This document shows, one piece after another, positions 56,272 to 64,000 of a stretch of 64,000 nt of DNA. The translations under genes were made by a program, and so were the position numbers. The notes under the pieces were generated by a model that was given only the letters and a program-made list of their open reading frames with translations, had not been told where the DNA came from and searched no databases. This stretch comes from a virus: positions 1-64,000 of the IMG/VR virus record IMGVR_UViG_3300045135_002262. The stretch is one strand, 5' to 3'. The stretch's first letter is position 1; each line of letters opens with the position of its first letter.

Positions 56272-58545
56272 TTAAGCGCCGTATGCGTTGCCCTTAACCT
56301 TTATCGGAAGATCTAATCTAGATTCAAGGTTTTCAATAGCTAACACAACGTCTGCGATAGTTGCAGTTTCTGCTTCTTCGCCACCGCCTGCTTTCTTCTT
56401 AGCGCTAAAGATTGTGTCTTTCATCTTCTCAAGCGCAGATTCAATTGCACTCTTACTTGCGGCACCTTGCTCTTTACTTACTTTTTCTAAGTTTTCAACA
56501 GTCTCTGAAAGCTCTTGAACTGCATTCATTAATTCTCTAGCAAGAACTGTAATTGCATCTTCACCGTCATTTTCAGCGATTTTAGCAATAGCCTCAAACA
56601 TTCTAGCTGAAGCCTCAATTGCTGGCACATTCATAATTCTAGAAGCATCTGCAATTGCTTTATAAGCCTGACCAATTTCTGTCATTGCTTTACCAGCCTC
56701 TTCTAATTCATCTGAATTATCAGCTAATTGTAAGACTGCGCCCATACCTTTAATTACTGCATTAGTATTTAAAGCTACTTTAGCAAATTCAACACCAATC
56801 GTTTTAATTGGGTCTGCTAATGCAATAATACCTGCAGTTCTACCAATTAACATATCTAATAATTCAATTGGTGTTTTAGTCTTTTTAGCGCCGAAAAGAG
56901 ATCCAATACCATCAATAATAGATGAACCTAAATTAGCAACAGATGAGAATAAACCACCAGCTGCTTGACCTGCTAAGGCAGCAACAAGAGCTAACCAACC
57001 ACCTGCAACTGCAAATAAACCACCTGCTAATGGTAATAAATTTTCAATTCCAATTTCTTCTTTAACTCTAACTAAAGCATCAATCATTGCGTTAATTGGA
57101 TACATAATTGCATCTGTAAAATTCTTAGCAATTGCCGAAAGATCAGGAAGTGCCGAGAAGATCCATGCAACAACGAACATTGAAGCAGCAATAAGAATAA
57201 TACCAGCAGCACCTAAAAGTAAACCAACTGGTGTGATTGCTGTTGCAAGTGCACCAATAATCATAAATGGAATTGCAAACATTAAGATTCCAAGACCTGC
57301 TGCAGTAGACCATTCAAGTGGTGGAGCTTTAAACTCACTTGGTAGAATTTGGAAAATCCATGCAGTAGCTAAAATACCTATTGCAATTAAAGGAGCTGCT
57401 ATAGTTGCCATTAATAATCCCTTCATACTAACCCTTTGACCCATCTTTGCAATTATCATAAATGGTACACCGAATACTAATAGCGCTAAACCTGCTTCTA
57501 GTGACCATTGCCATGGCGGAGCCACAAAATTACCAGGTAATAATTGGAATATCCAAGCGGCTGCAACAACGCCTAATGCAATTAATGGTAGGGCTAGGGC
57601 TGCCATACCTATTTCTTTAATACCTACCCTACCGCTCTTTAATGCTTTTAAAATCTTAACATAAGGAATAGAAACAATGTATAAAACAGCTGCAACTGCA
57701 AAAGCACCTAACATCTTACCAATTTCTAGATTAGGCATTAACATAAATATCCAGCTTGATAATACAATAGCCAATGCCATACCAACCATTGATAGTAATG
57801 CCATACCCATCATTTGCATCATAGATTTTATATCTGTGCCGCCAACACCTTTTACACCACCACCCTTTAATTTAGATAAGGCTTCTACAGTTTTAACAAA
57901 AGGATCTGCAGCTAAATATAAAACACCAGCAACAATGGCCGCGCCAATTAATGCTCTAAGATTAAGAGTTGGCATAAAGAATAATACAGCACCTGCTAAT
58001 ACTAGCGCGGCTGCCATACCAATCATAGAAGTAACAACTCCCATACCATCTTTAAGGGCTGAATATGGATTCTCTGGGTTTAATTCACCTTTACCACCGC
58101 CCTTTAATTTAGAAAGTGATTCTGCGATTTTAACAAACGCAGGAGCGGCTAGGTATATAACACCAGCAACTGCTAGTGCAGATAATAGTTTTAGTGGATT
58201 TAAGACCGGCATAAACATGAAGAATGCTCCGGCAATAACTAAAGCTGCTGCCATAGAAATTACTGCAAGACCAATTGATGCAACACCTTTCATATTTGGC
58301 ATTTGCATCTTAAACTTACCGCCTTTAGAACGTTCAGTTCTTTCTAATTCACCCTGTTTAACTTGAATTGCTAATAGGGTTTTAATATCTGATAGTAATA
58401 AAGTTTGTTGGGCTAATTCCTTTTGGCTATCTTCTGAAGCTTTAACTAGGTCAATAGTAAGAACAGAATGAATTTCATTAATCTTTTCATTCTGTTCTTC
58501 TATTAAATTACCTAATCTTTGTAAAGGAGCTAATAATACCTTCAT
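56272..58545 (-). CDS. Tape-measure-like protein
   Basis: Ala/Gly/Leu-rich hydrophobic repeats, helical termini; lies after tube and hub genes; late motif at 58573-58580. Confidence 0.7.
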   Translation of the reverse strand: MKVLLAPLQRLGNLIEEQNEKINEIHSVLTIDLVKASEDSQKELAQQTLLLSDIKTLLAIQVKQGELERTERSKGGKFKMQMPNMKGVASIGLAVISMAAALVIAGAFFMFMPVLNPLKLLSALAVAGVIYLAAPAFVKIAESLSKLKGGGKGELNPENPYSALKDGMGVVTSMIGMAAALVLAGAVLFFMPTLNLRALIGAAIVAGVLYLAADPFVKTVEALSKLKGGGVKGVGGTDIKSMMQMMGMALLSMVGMALAIVLSSWIFMLMPNLEIGKMLGAFAVAAVLYIVSIPYVKILKALKSGRVGIKEIGMAALALPLIALGVVAAAWIFQLLPGNFVAPPWQWSLEAGLALLVFGVPFMIIAKMGQRVSMKGLLMATIAAPLIAIGILATAWIFQILPSEFKAPPLEWSTAAGLGILMFAIPFMIIGALATAITPVGLLLGAAGIILIAASMFVVAWIFSALPDLSAIAKNFTDAIMYPINAMIDALVRVKEEIGIENLLPLAGGLFAVAGGWLALVAALAGQAAGGLFSSVANLGSSIIDGIGSLFGAKKTKTPIELLDMLIGRTAGIIALADPIKTIGVEFAKVALNTNAVIKGMGAVLQLADNSDELEEAGKAMTEIGQAYKAIADASRIMNVPAIEASARMFEAIAKIAENDGEDAITVLARELMNAVQELSETVENLEKVSKEQGAASKSAIESALEKMKDTIFSAKKKAGGGEEAETATIADVVLAIENLESRLDLPIKVKGNAYGA

Positions 58546-58579
58546 GCATTGACGTCTCTATTTATTATAGATTATATAT

Positions 58580-58828
58580 CTATAATTTTGGCACCTTTAT
58601 ATTCGGCATTTTCATGTTTGGCATCTTCATTCTACCCATCACATCACCAACTTGATCATTTTGACCTTGATTAGCATCATTCTGCTTTTTCAAGTAATCA
58701 ATTAAATCTTTGACTAGATAATGGAATTCATAATACTCCATTCTCTCCAGTTCTGAAGGTTGAATATGCAGGTTTTGATAGATGTAAAACTTCGTCTTAA
58801 AGAAGTTCTCCAGCGATATCTTGAACAA
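58580..58828 (-). CDS. gp51-like baseplate hub/tail assembly domain (TTG start or frameshift extension)
   Basis: SLENFFKTKF..HIQPSELERMEYYE resembles T4-like gp51-type small proteins. Confidence 0.65.
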   Translation of the reverse strand: MFKISLENFFKTKFYIYQNLHIQPSELERMEYYEFHYLVKDLIDYLKKQNDANQGQNDQVGDVMGRMKMPNMKMPNIKVPKL

Positions 58829-59735
58829 TGAAAATTGACTTGATGCCGTCGCGAAACCCGATTGGGACGACCTCCACATCGTCCCCGATTGGCACTCTCA
58901 TATCTGGTTGAATGCCGATTTTCATTTGTTCTGCTAACTTATAAATCAAGCTGAATTTCTTATTAGACCATCCATTCATTTCCATTTCAAACTTAAAAAT
59001 ATCCTTATCTGTAAATCCTCTCCATTCTGAAACCATGTAAGGCATCACTTGAAGTACCGACTGATCAATCTTTTCCTTCTTCTCTTGGCGATCTTGGATA
59101 TATGCAGTCATTTTCTGCATTACACCAATTGAAGGAGGTCTCATTTCGATTGTACCAAATGATTTAGTTTCAATCATAAATGATTTACGCTCAGCATCAT
59201 AATACTTATCAAGCGTTTCAGGAATCTTAAAGTAATCAAAGTATTCTTTATCGATATCTACTTGGTGTTTGTTACCTTTCTTATCAACGTGGTCAACTGT
59301 TAATTTAGATTCTGGTTCTGGGAACGTTAGATCTCTAATTGAAAGAATTACAAAGAATCTATCTTCTTCACAAAGATCTTTATATGATAATCTTTTCTTA
59401 GCACTTGTTACACGAGTACACTCTTCTAGAATATAGTTTAATTTCTGATCTACATCAAATACATTAGTTTCATCAATAGACGAAAAGTGTCTAATCTCTG
59501 AAACCTTTGCTGATCTAATAGAAATTTGAATATCTTCTGGGTAGAACATACCTGCAGAAGGTAAATGTGTAACGTTAATGTTGTGGTAGCCCAATGCTAA
59601 ATCAGCATCTTGTGCTTCAGTTCTATTGAACCTATCCATATTAACTTTACCTAAATTGGTAGGCTCTTCTTGCGCTGATTCTTGATTTTCAACAATATTC
59701 TTATATTGTTCTTCAAGGTTATTTTCTTCGCTCAT
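58797..59735 (-). CDS. gp26-like baseplate hub/tail assembly chaperone
   Basis: LPSAGMFYP, DL..EDRFFVIL.IRDLTF; lies between tube and tape measure. Confidence 0.75.
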   Translation of the reverse strand: MSEENNLEEQYKNIVENQESAQEEPTNLGKVNMDRFNRTEAQDADLALGYHNINVTHLPSAGMFYPEDIQISIRSAKVSEIRHFSSIDETNVFDVDQKLNYILEECTRVTSAKKRLSYKDLCEEDRFFVILSIRDLTFPEPESKLTVDHVDKKGNKHQVDIDKEYFDYFKIPETLDKYYDAERKSFMIETKSFGTIEMRPPSIGVMQKMTAYIQDRQEKKEKIDQSVLQVMPYMVSEWRGFTDKDIFKFEMEMNGWSNKKFSLIYKLAEQMKIGIQPDMRVPIGDDVEVVPIGFRDGIKSIFIVQDIAGELL

Positions 59736-59738
59736 TTA

Positions 59739-59954
59739 TTATTTGTCTTTAAGTTTCTTAATATTATCTTTCTTCCACTCTTTGATCGAATCACTTCTTA
59801 GTTCGATCTCTTTTCTTATAACGTTTCTAATGAATGCTGATACAGACACAGGTCTTTCACCGCCTTCGATAGCGTCGTTTAAGATGATTCTATTGATTGA
59901 AGTAACTTCGTCTTCAGATAATAGAACCTGTAATTTTTTAGTTAATTTATCCAT
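59739..59954 (-). CDS. Ribbon-helix-helix-like DNA-binding protein
   Basis: KKLQVLLSEDE strand-helix; SVSAFIRNVI helix. Confidence 0.6.
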   Translation of the reverse strand: MDKLTKKLQVLLSEDEVTSINRIILNDAIEGGERPVSVSAFIRNVIRKEIELRSDSIKEWKKDNIKKLKDK

Positions 59955-59995
59955 TATTATTAATATTATATCAACATATTATGTTTTTGTTTCAT

Positions 59996-60030
59996 AAAAA
60001 AGGGAAGATCGGACTCTGCCAATCCTCCCT
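59996..60030 (-). terminator. Intrinsic terminator after the tail tube gene
   Basis: AGGGAGGAT...ATCTTCCCT followed by a T run. Confidence 0.65.
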
Positions 60031-60040
60031 CTTTATTAAA

Positions 60041-60595
60041 TTATGCTAAAACTTCTTTCCAAGTATCACATCTCCACGTTACTTCTAAAGCTTGAGCTTC
60101 AGTAGTTTCGTAAGATAATTCATTTGTGAATGGAAGACCTGAAGTAATGAAACAATCTTCTAGTGTTACTGTTCTGTAAATATCACCAGCTCTGTTAAAC
60201 TGTACGATAACAATTGTACCTACGTAATCCTTTTTAAGACCCATCGCACCTGTTTGTGGATCGTACTGGTTGTTATACCACTGTCTTAAAGTTTTGTATA
60301 AGTATGCTTGATTTGCATCGTTTAAGTTTAATGAGAAGTTGATATTAACATCAACTGTAGTTGAATCTGGCATACCTGCATAAGATCTTGTTGAGAACTT
60401 ATATTTCTGTTCAACTGCAGCCACTTCTTTGTATAAATCTAAACCACCGATCGAGTTAACGTGTTGTAGCATTAATGGAGCGTCCGCAACACCTGCTGGA
60501 GGTAAAACAGTTACCTCAAATAAGTTTGCCTGAACTGGCTCGAATTGTCTACCTTGTCTCGAAGTTTGGTCTTGTGAATAATGTGGTAAAGCCAT
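60041..60595 (-). CDS. Tail tube protein (T4 gp19-like)
   Basis: LRQW...YDPQTG.MGLKKDY; follows the sheath gene. Confidence 0.9.
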   Translation of the reverse strand: MALPHYSQDQTSRQGRQFEPVQANLFEVTVLPPAGVADAPLMLQHVNSIGGLDLYKEVAAVEQKYKFSTRSYAGMPDSTTVDVNINFSLNLNDANQAYLYKTLRQWYNNQYDPQTGAMGLKKDYVGTIVIVQFNRAGDIYRTVTLEDCFITSGLPFTNELSYETTEAQALEVTWRCDTWKEVLA

Positions 60596-60631
60596 GTTAA
60601 ATTATTTATATTTTTTTATATATTCTACTTA

Positions 60632-63478
60632 TTAGTTAAAGTTTCCTGATTGAATTTCACCAGTGTTTAGAATTGTAGTTCTGTGAACAACGATTTCTAA
60701 ACCTTTAACTGGCTCTACGTATGTATCAATAATACCAAAGTTGTTATCAATCACGTCATCCGTGTTGTTAGTTTGATCCATGATATTCTTGAAGTCATAT
60801 ACACCACCATCAGCTTTAACTGATTCCATGAATGAATCTGCTAAAGTTTTAATCTCTAATCTTGTTTGTGTATTGTTAAATTCAAATACGTAGTCCTTTA
60901 AGATATCTGCGATACCCTCTTGGATGTAAATTAAACCTTCTCTAACGTGTGCAGAAGATAAAGCTGATTTAACTGACTGCTGTGCAGTTTTGTTACCTAA
61001 GATAGTTAAACCTACACCTCTTTGGAAAACGATTGGGTTAATACCAAATGGCTCTAAGATATCTCTATCTGCTTTATCGAATGCGTATTCAACACCTTTT
61101 ACATTTGTGCCTGAAACAACACCTCTTCTTGGACCTGCAACGATTGACCATGGTAACGCGCTTGAGTACTTATCAATATAGTTATTTGATACGTAAGCTG
61201 CTGCTGGAACCACGATATCTTTACCGTTATCAGATACTAATAAACCAGGACCGTAGTAGAATGCGTAGTTAGCACCTTCGTTGATCGATGGTAATGTGTA
61301 TAATGCTGTTGGGTTTTTATCTAAGTTACCGCCGTCTGCAATGTATTGTGTTTTAAATGTACCGTTAGCATCTGTGAAAGATGGGTTAGCTGAAGCTTTA
61401 AAGTCTGCAACTGTTGGTGCATTTAAGATTGCTGAAGCATTTTGTCTGTCCTTAGCTAAGTTAGATAATTGTCTCTTGTTTAAGATGCCTGTTGAATCGT
61501 GAGATGCAAATGTATCTACAATGTATCTGAACTCGATCATATCTTTATCAACTAAAGCGTCGTATAAGCCTGAACCGCCGTTAAGAACTGATAATGCACC
61601 TGAAATTTCTTTATCAGCTAATTGAGCGCCTGATAATACAAACGTTTTATAAACTGATGAAGCGTTTTCAAATGACTTAACATATTCGCCACCCCATGCT
61701 GCAGGAACATTTACGTCACAGTATACTGTGTAAACATCACCTGATTTAGCAATTCTCTTAACTTTTGCTAATCTACCAGTTTCTTCAGCTTGTACATAAT
61801 CACCAGCTGATAATGAGATAGATGCAGGAGCTAAACCAGCGCCGTAAGTTAAAGTGAATAAAGAACCTGCTGCTGCGTAAGTTGCGCCAGCAAATGCTTC
61901 TTCAATTACTCTACCTTGAGAAACTGCGTATTTTTCAACGTCAACTGCTGCATTAGTAGTATCAATACCATCGTAAGATGCTGCGATATTACCTTCAGCT
62001 ACAATTGTTGTTTCGTTTGCAGCACCGTCAAAAGAAACTGATAAGATTTTAACATATTCACCTGCTATTGCAGCTTCTAAGTATTCGCCAGCAACAAATG
62101 ATGAAATTGCAGTTGCGTCGTAATTTGATAATGTTAATGTATCAGTTGAAACAGATGTAGTTACACCAGGAACTGCAGGAGTACCTAAACCATCATAAAT
62201 TTCAAAAGTACCTGCGCCTGTTACAGCATATTGTGCATCTAGTGAAGAAGCGGCTGCAGTCTGTAGTACAGTTTTAAGAGGCTGGCTAACGTTGTAGTTT
62301 ACGCCAGTAATAACCGTGTATGAGCCGTCTGCTAATTTTAAGTAGTCTGAACCAGCTGTAAAATCTGCAGAAACATCACCGTCAATTGAAACTGCGTTAT
62401 TTGTAAGACCGCCATTACTTGTAATAGAAGAATCTGTAACGTTATATGTTGTTGCAGTTGGATCTACGAATGGAGAACCTGCTGGTAATGTAACTTCAGT
62501 TGTTGCAACTGATTGCTTAACTACGTGAGATAATAATTCGTAATCTTGATCAGCATCGTAAGTATGACCTACTAAATCTAAGTTACCTTCTAATACTGAA
62601 TCTTCGTTAACTGCACAGAATAAACCTGTTCTTCTTGATTCATTGTTAATTGCAGACTCAATGTATAAGTTTCTACCTTCTAAATCTTTAAATCCTGGTA
62701 ATAATGAACCAGTGTATTTAGCTTCTAAAGTAACTTGTCTTAAGTTTGCAAATTGATCTAATAATTCTTTGTTTAAACCATCTGCAGAGAAGTAAGCGCT
62801 GTATACTGGATCGTTAGCCATTTGAGCAGCGTTAAATTCGCCTTTGAATACGAATACGTCAATCATATAATCTGATACGTAATCAAAATCATTTAAGTGT
62901 GCAGGAACGTTTCCTTCACCGTACCATTCTCTTGCTGTGATTTCAAATTCTTTAACATCTTGTGCCTGTCTAACAATAACAGTAATACCTGATTGTTTGA
63001 TGTTTACAAAATGTAATAAGTGGTTGTCATCAACTGAAACTGAGCCTAAAACAGCAGCATCAGAAGGAGTCATAAACTTATCTGTATCGAAGAATTCAGC
63101 GTAAGGCTTTTGAGCATCTGCAACAGCTGAAATAGAATCAACTGCACCGTTAGATACTAAAGAAGCATAAGATGCTTTATCAGCTTCTGTAAATGAGTTT
63201 AAGTTTAATGCTAAGATTGGACCTCTTGAAAGAGCTTCGAAAGCAGATCTGTGGAAGAACATACCTTTCTTCTCTAATGATCTGTCAATTGAACCAAATA
63301 CATTAATAAACTCATCTGCATTGCTAATTAATACAGGTGTGTTATATGGACCTCTTTTTGAGTGACCCACTACAAGTCTTAGTGTTTCAACGTTTAAGCT
63401 TGTCGTAACCGACTTATCAAACTCTAAACGGTAAACACCACTTGATTTAAATTGCAATAATTGTGGAGATAATGCCAT
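60632..63478 (-). CDS. Contractile tail sheath protein (T4 gp18-like) with large insertion
   Basis: SSGVYRLEFD, GPYNTPV, PW..AGPRRG, INPI, GNKT, FEFN...TR, MDQTNNT. Confidence 0.95.
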   Translation of the reverse strand: MALSPQLLQFKSSGVYRLEFDKSVTTSLNVETLRLVVGHSKRGPYNTPVLISNADEFINVFGSIDRSLEKKGMFFHRSAFEALSRGPILALNLNSFTEADKASYASLVSNGAVDSISAVADAQKPYAEFFDTDKFMTPSDAAVLGSVSVDDNHLLHFVNIKQSGITVIVRQAQDVKEFEITAREWYGEGNVPAHLNDFDYVSDYMIDVFVFKGEFNAAQMANDPVYSAYFSADGLNKELLDQFANLRQVTLEAKYTGSLLPGFKDLEGRNLYIESAINNESRRTGLFCAVNEDSVLEGNLDLVGHTYDADQDYELLSHVVKQSVATTEVTLPAGSPFVDPTATTYNVTDSSITSNGGLTNNAVSIDGDVSADFTAGSDYLKLADGSYTVITGVNYNVSQPLKTVLQTAAASSLDAQYAVTGAGTFEIYDGLGTPAVPGVTTSVSTDTLTLSNYDATAISSFVAGEYLEAAIAGEYVKILSVSFDGAANETTIVAEGNIAASYDGIDTTNAAVDVEKYAVSQGRVIEEAFAGATYAAAGSLFTLTYGAGLAPASISLSAGDYVQAEETGRLAKVKRIAKSGDVYTVYCDVNVPAAWGGEYVKSFENASSVYKTFVLSGAQLADKEISGALSVLNGGSGLYDALVDKDMIEFRYIVDTFASHDSTGILNKRQLSNLAKDRQNASAILNAPTVADFKASANPSFTDANGTFKTQYIADGGNLDKNPTALYTLPSINEGANYAFYYGPGLLVSDNGKDIVVPAAAYVSNNYIDKYSSALPWSIVAGPRRGVVSGTNVKGVEYAFDKADRDILEPFGINPIVFQRGVGLTILGNKTAQQSVKSALSSAHVREGLIYIQEGIADILKDYVFEFNNTQTRLEIKTLADSFMESVKADGGVYDFKNIMDQTNNTDDVIDNNFGIIDTYVEPVKGLEIVVHRTTILNTGEIQSGNFN

Positions 63479-63510
63479 AATTTCTTTAATTTTATATTTT
63501 TTGCTTTTAT

Positions 63511-63518
63511 TATATATC
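63511..63518 (-). promoter_or_regulatory. Late promoter motif GATATATA upstream of the sheath gene
   Basis: The same motif precedes tube (60617), tape measure (58573) and about 14 other genes or RNAs. Confidence 0.75.
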
Positions 63519-63538
63519 TGCTATACTATCGAATAATA

Positions 63539-64000
63539 TCACAGTAAGTCATAAATATCATACTGTAAATCACCCGAAACGTCATTGTCTTGATACAGAA
63601 CCTTTTCCATTAAAGTATGTTTTTCAGGTTCTATAATATCTAATAGTTCTTCAACATAATCAGCATAATCCGTTGTGCCGAAAAACTCAGTTGCCGTAAT
63701 TGCTGTCATGATAATATCATCGTGGCCCATTTGTGCACCGTAAGAACCATTTCTTAATGTACCAAATAAACTTGCCTCTTGTACTGTATCCACATCTTTA
63801 ATTGATAGTTTATTCATTTCAATTAATTTCTTAAAGTTTTGACAGAATACAGATTTATTATCGGCCTTTAATCTAATACCTGGTTTTAGTGTTCTTGCAT
63901 CATGTCTGTGCTTAAATCTTAAAACCATTTCATCCTCAAATTCATTTCTACCTGGGAATACAGTTCTTAAATATTGTAATAGAATCGAACCGTATGTATT
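63539..64000 (-). CDS. Terminase large subunit, C-terminal nuclease domain (5' part outside the window)
   Basis: G......K...C..FK, E...F, GHDDIIM; T4 gp17-gp18-gp19 gene order. Confidence 0.85.
   Translation of the reverse strand, partial: NTYGSILLQYLRTVFPGRNEFEDEMVLRFKHRHDARTLKPGIRLKADNKSVFCQNFKKLIEMNKLSIKDVDTVQEASLFGTLRNGSYGAQMGHDDIIMTAITATEFFGTTDYADYVEELLDIIEPEKHTLMEKVLYQDNDVSGDLQYDIYDLL

Noticed and set aside
56288-58366. Long + strand ORFs antisense to the tape-measure-like gene, and similar antisense ORFs elsewhere
   Set aside because: They lie fully opposite well-supported genes, with no motifs or promoters.
1-64000. CRISPR array or Cas system (prompted by the Cas4-like nuclease at 16127-16879)
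   Set aside because: No regularly spaced repeat-spacer array was seen; recurring motifs are promoters, tRNA arms or collagen codons, and the nuclease is a stand-alone phage type.
1-64000. Stop-codon reassignment
   Set aside because: Genes are dense and full-length in the standard code, TAG and TGA end coupled genes, and no suppressor anticodon (CTA, TCA, TTA) was found.
1-64000. Bacterial chromosome or eukaryotic giant-virus origin
   Set aside because: Terminase-sheath-tube-hub order, single-strand bias, many small orphan ORFs and phage promoter motifs in front of the host-like genes indicate a tailed phage.

Overview
This is a 64-kb fragment of a large, AT-rich, T4-like (contractile-tailed) bacteriophage genome, with almost all genes on the minus strand. 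The right end holds the terminase large-subunit C-terminus, tail sheath, tail tube, gp26/gp51-like hub genes and a tape-measure-like gene; the left end runs into a collagen-repeat fibre gene. A Bacteroidota (probably Flavobacteriia) host is inferred from TAnnTT(T/A)G-type early promoters, two proteins with type IX secretion (T9SS) C-terminal sorting domains and an Hc1-type histone-like protein. The middle is accessory: 16 canonical tRNAs, one aberrant tRNA-like RNA and several unexplained structured RNAs, GlnRS, an ECF-type sigma factor, ThyA, Gmk, MgsA, KdsA, transaldolase, nucleotide-sugar enzymes, peptidases, a NEIL1-like glycosylase and GIY-YIG/HNH endonucleases. Reading the DNA shows: (1) three recurrent promoter classes suggesting a host-sigma, then phage-ECF-sigma (TGAAAC-N17/18-TATAAT), then late (RATATATA) cascade; (2) dispersed late-promoter genes sharing a T4 capsid-targeting-like N-terminal motif, suggesting virion-packaged enzymes (ATP-grasp, GNAT, PAP2); (3) phage-encoded T9SS cargo including an M9 collagenase; (4) two candidate programmed frameshifts and a probable non-AUG start. 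All protein calls come from motif recognition by eye, without database searches.
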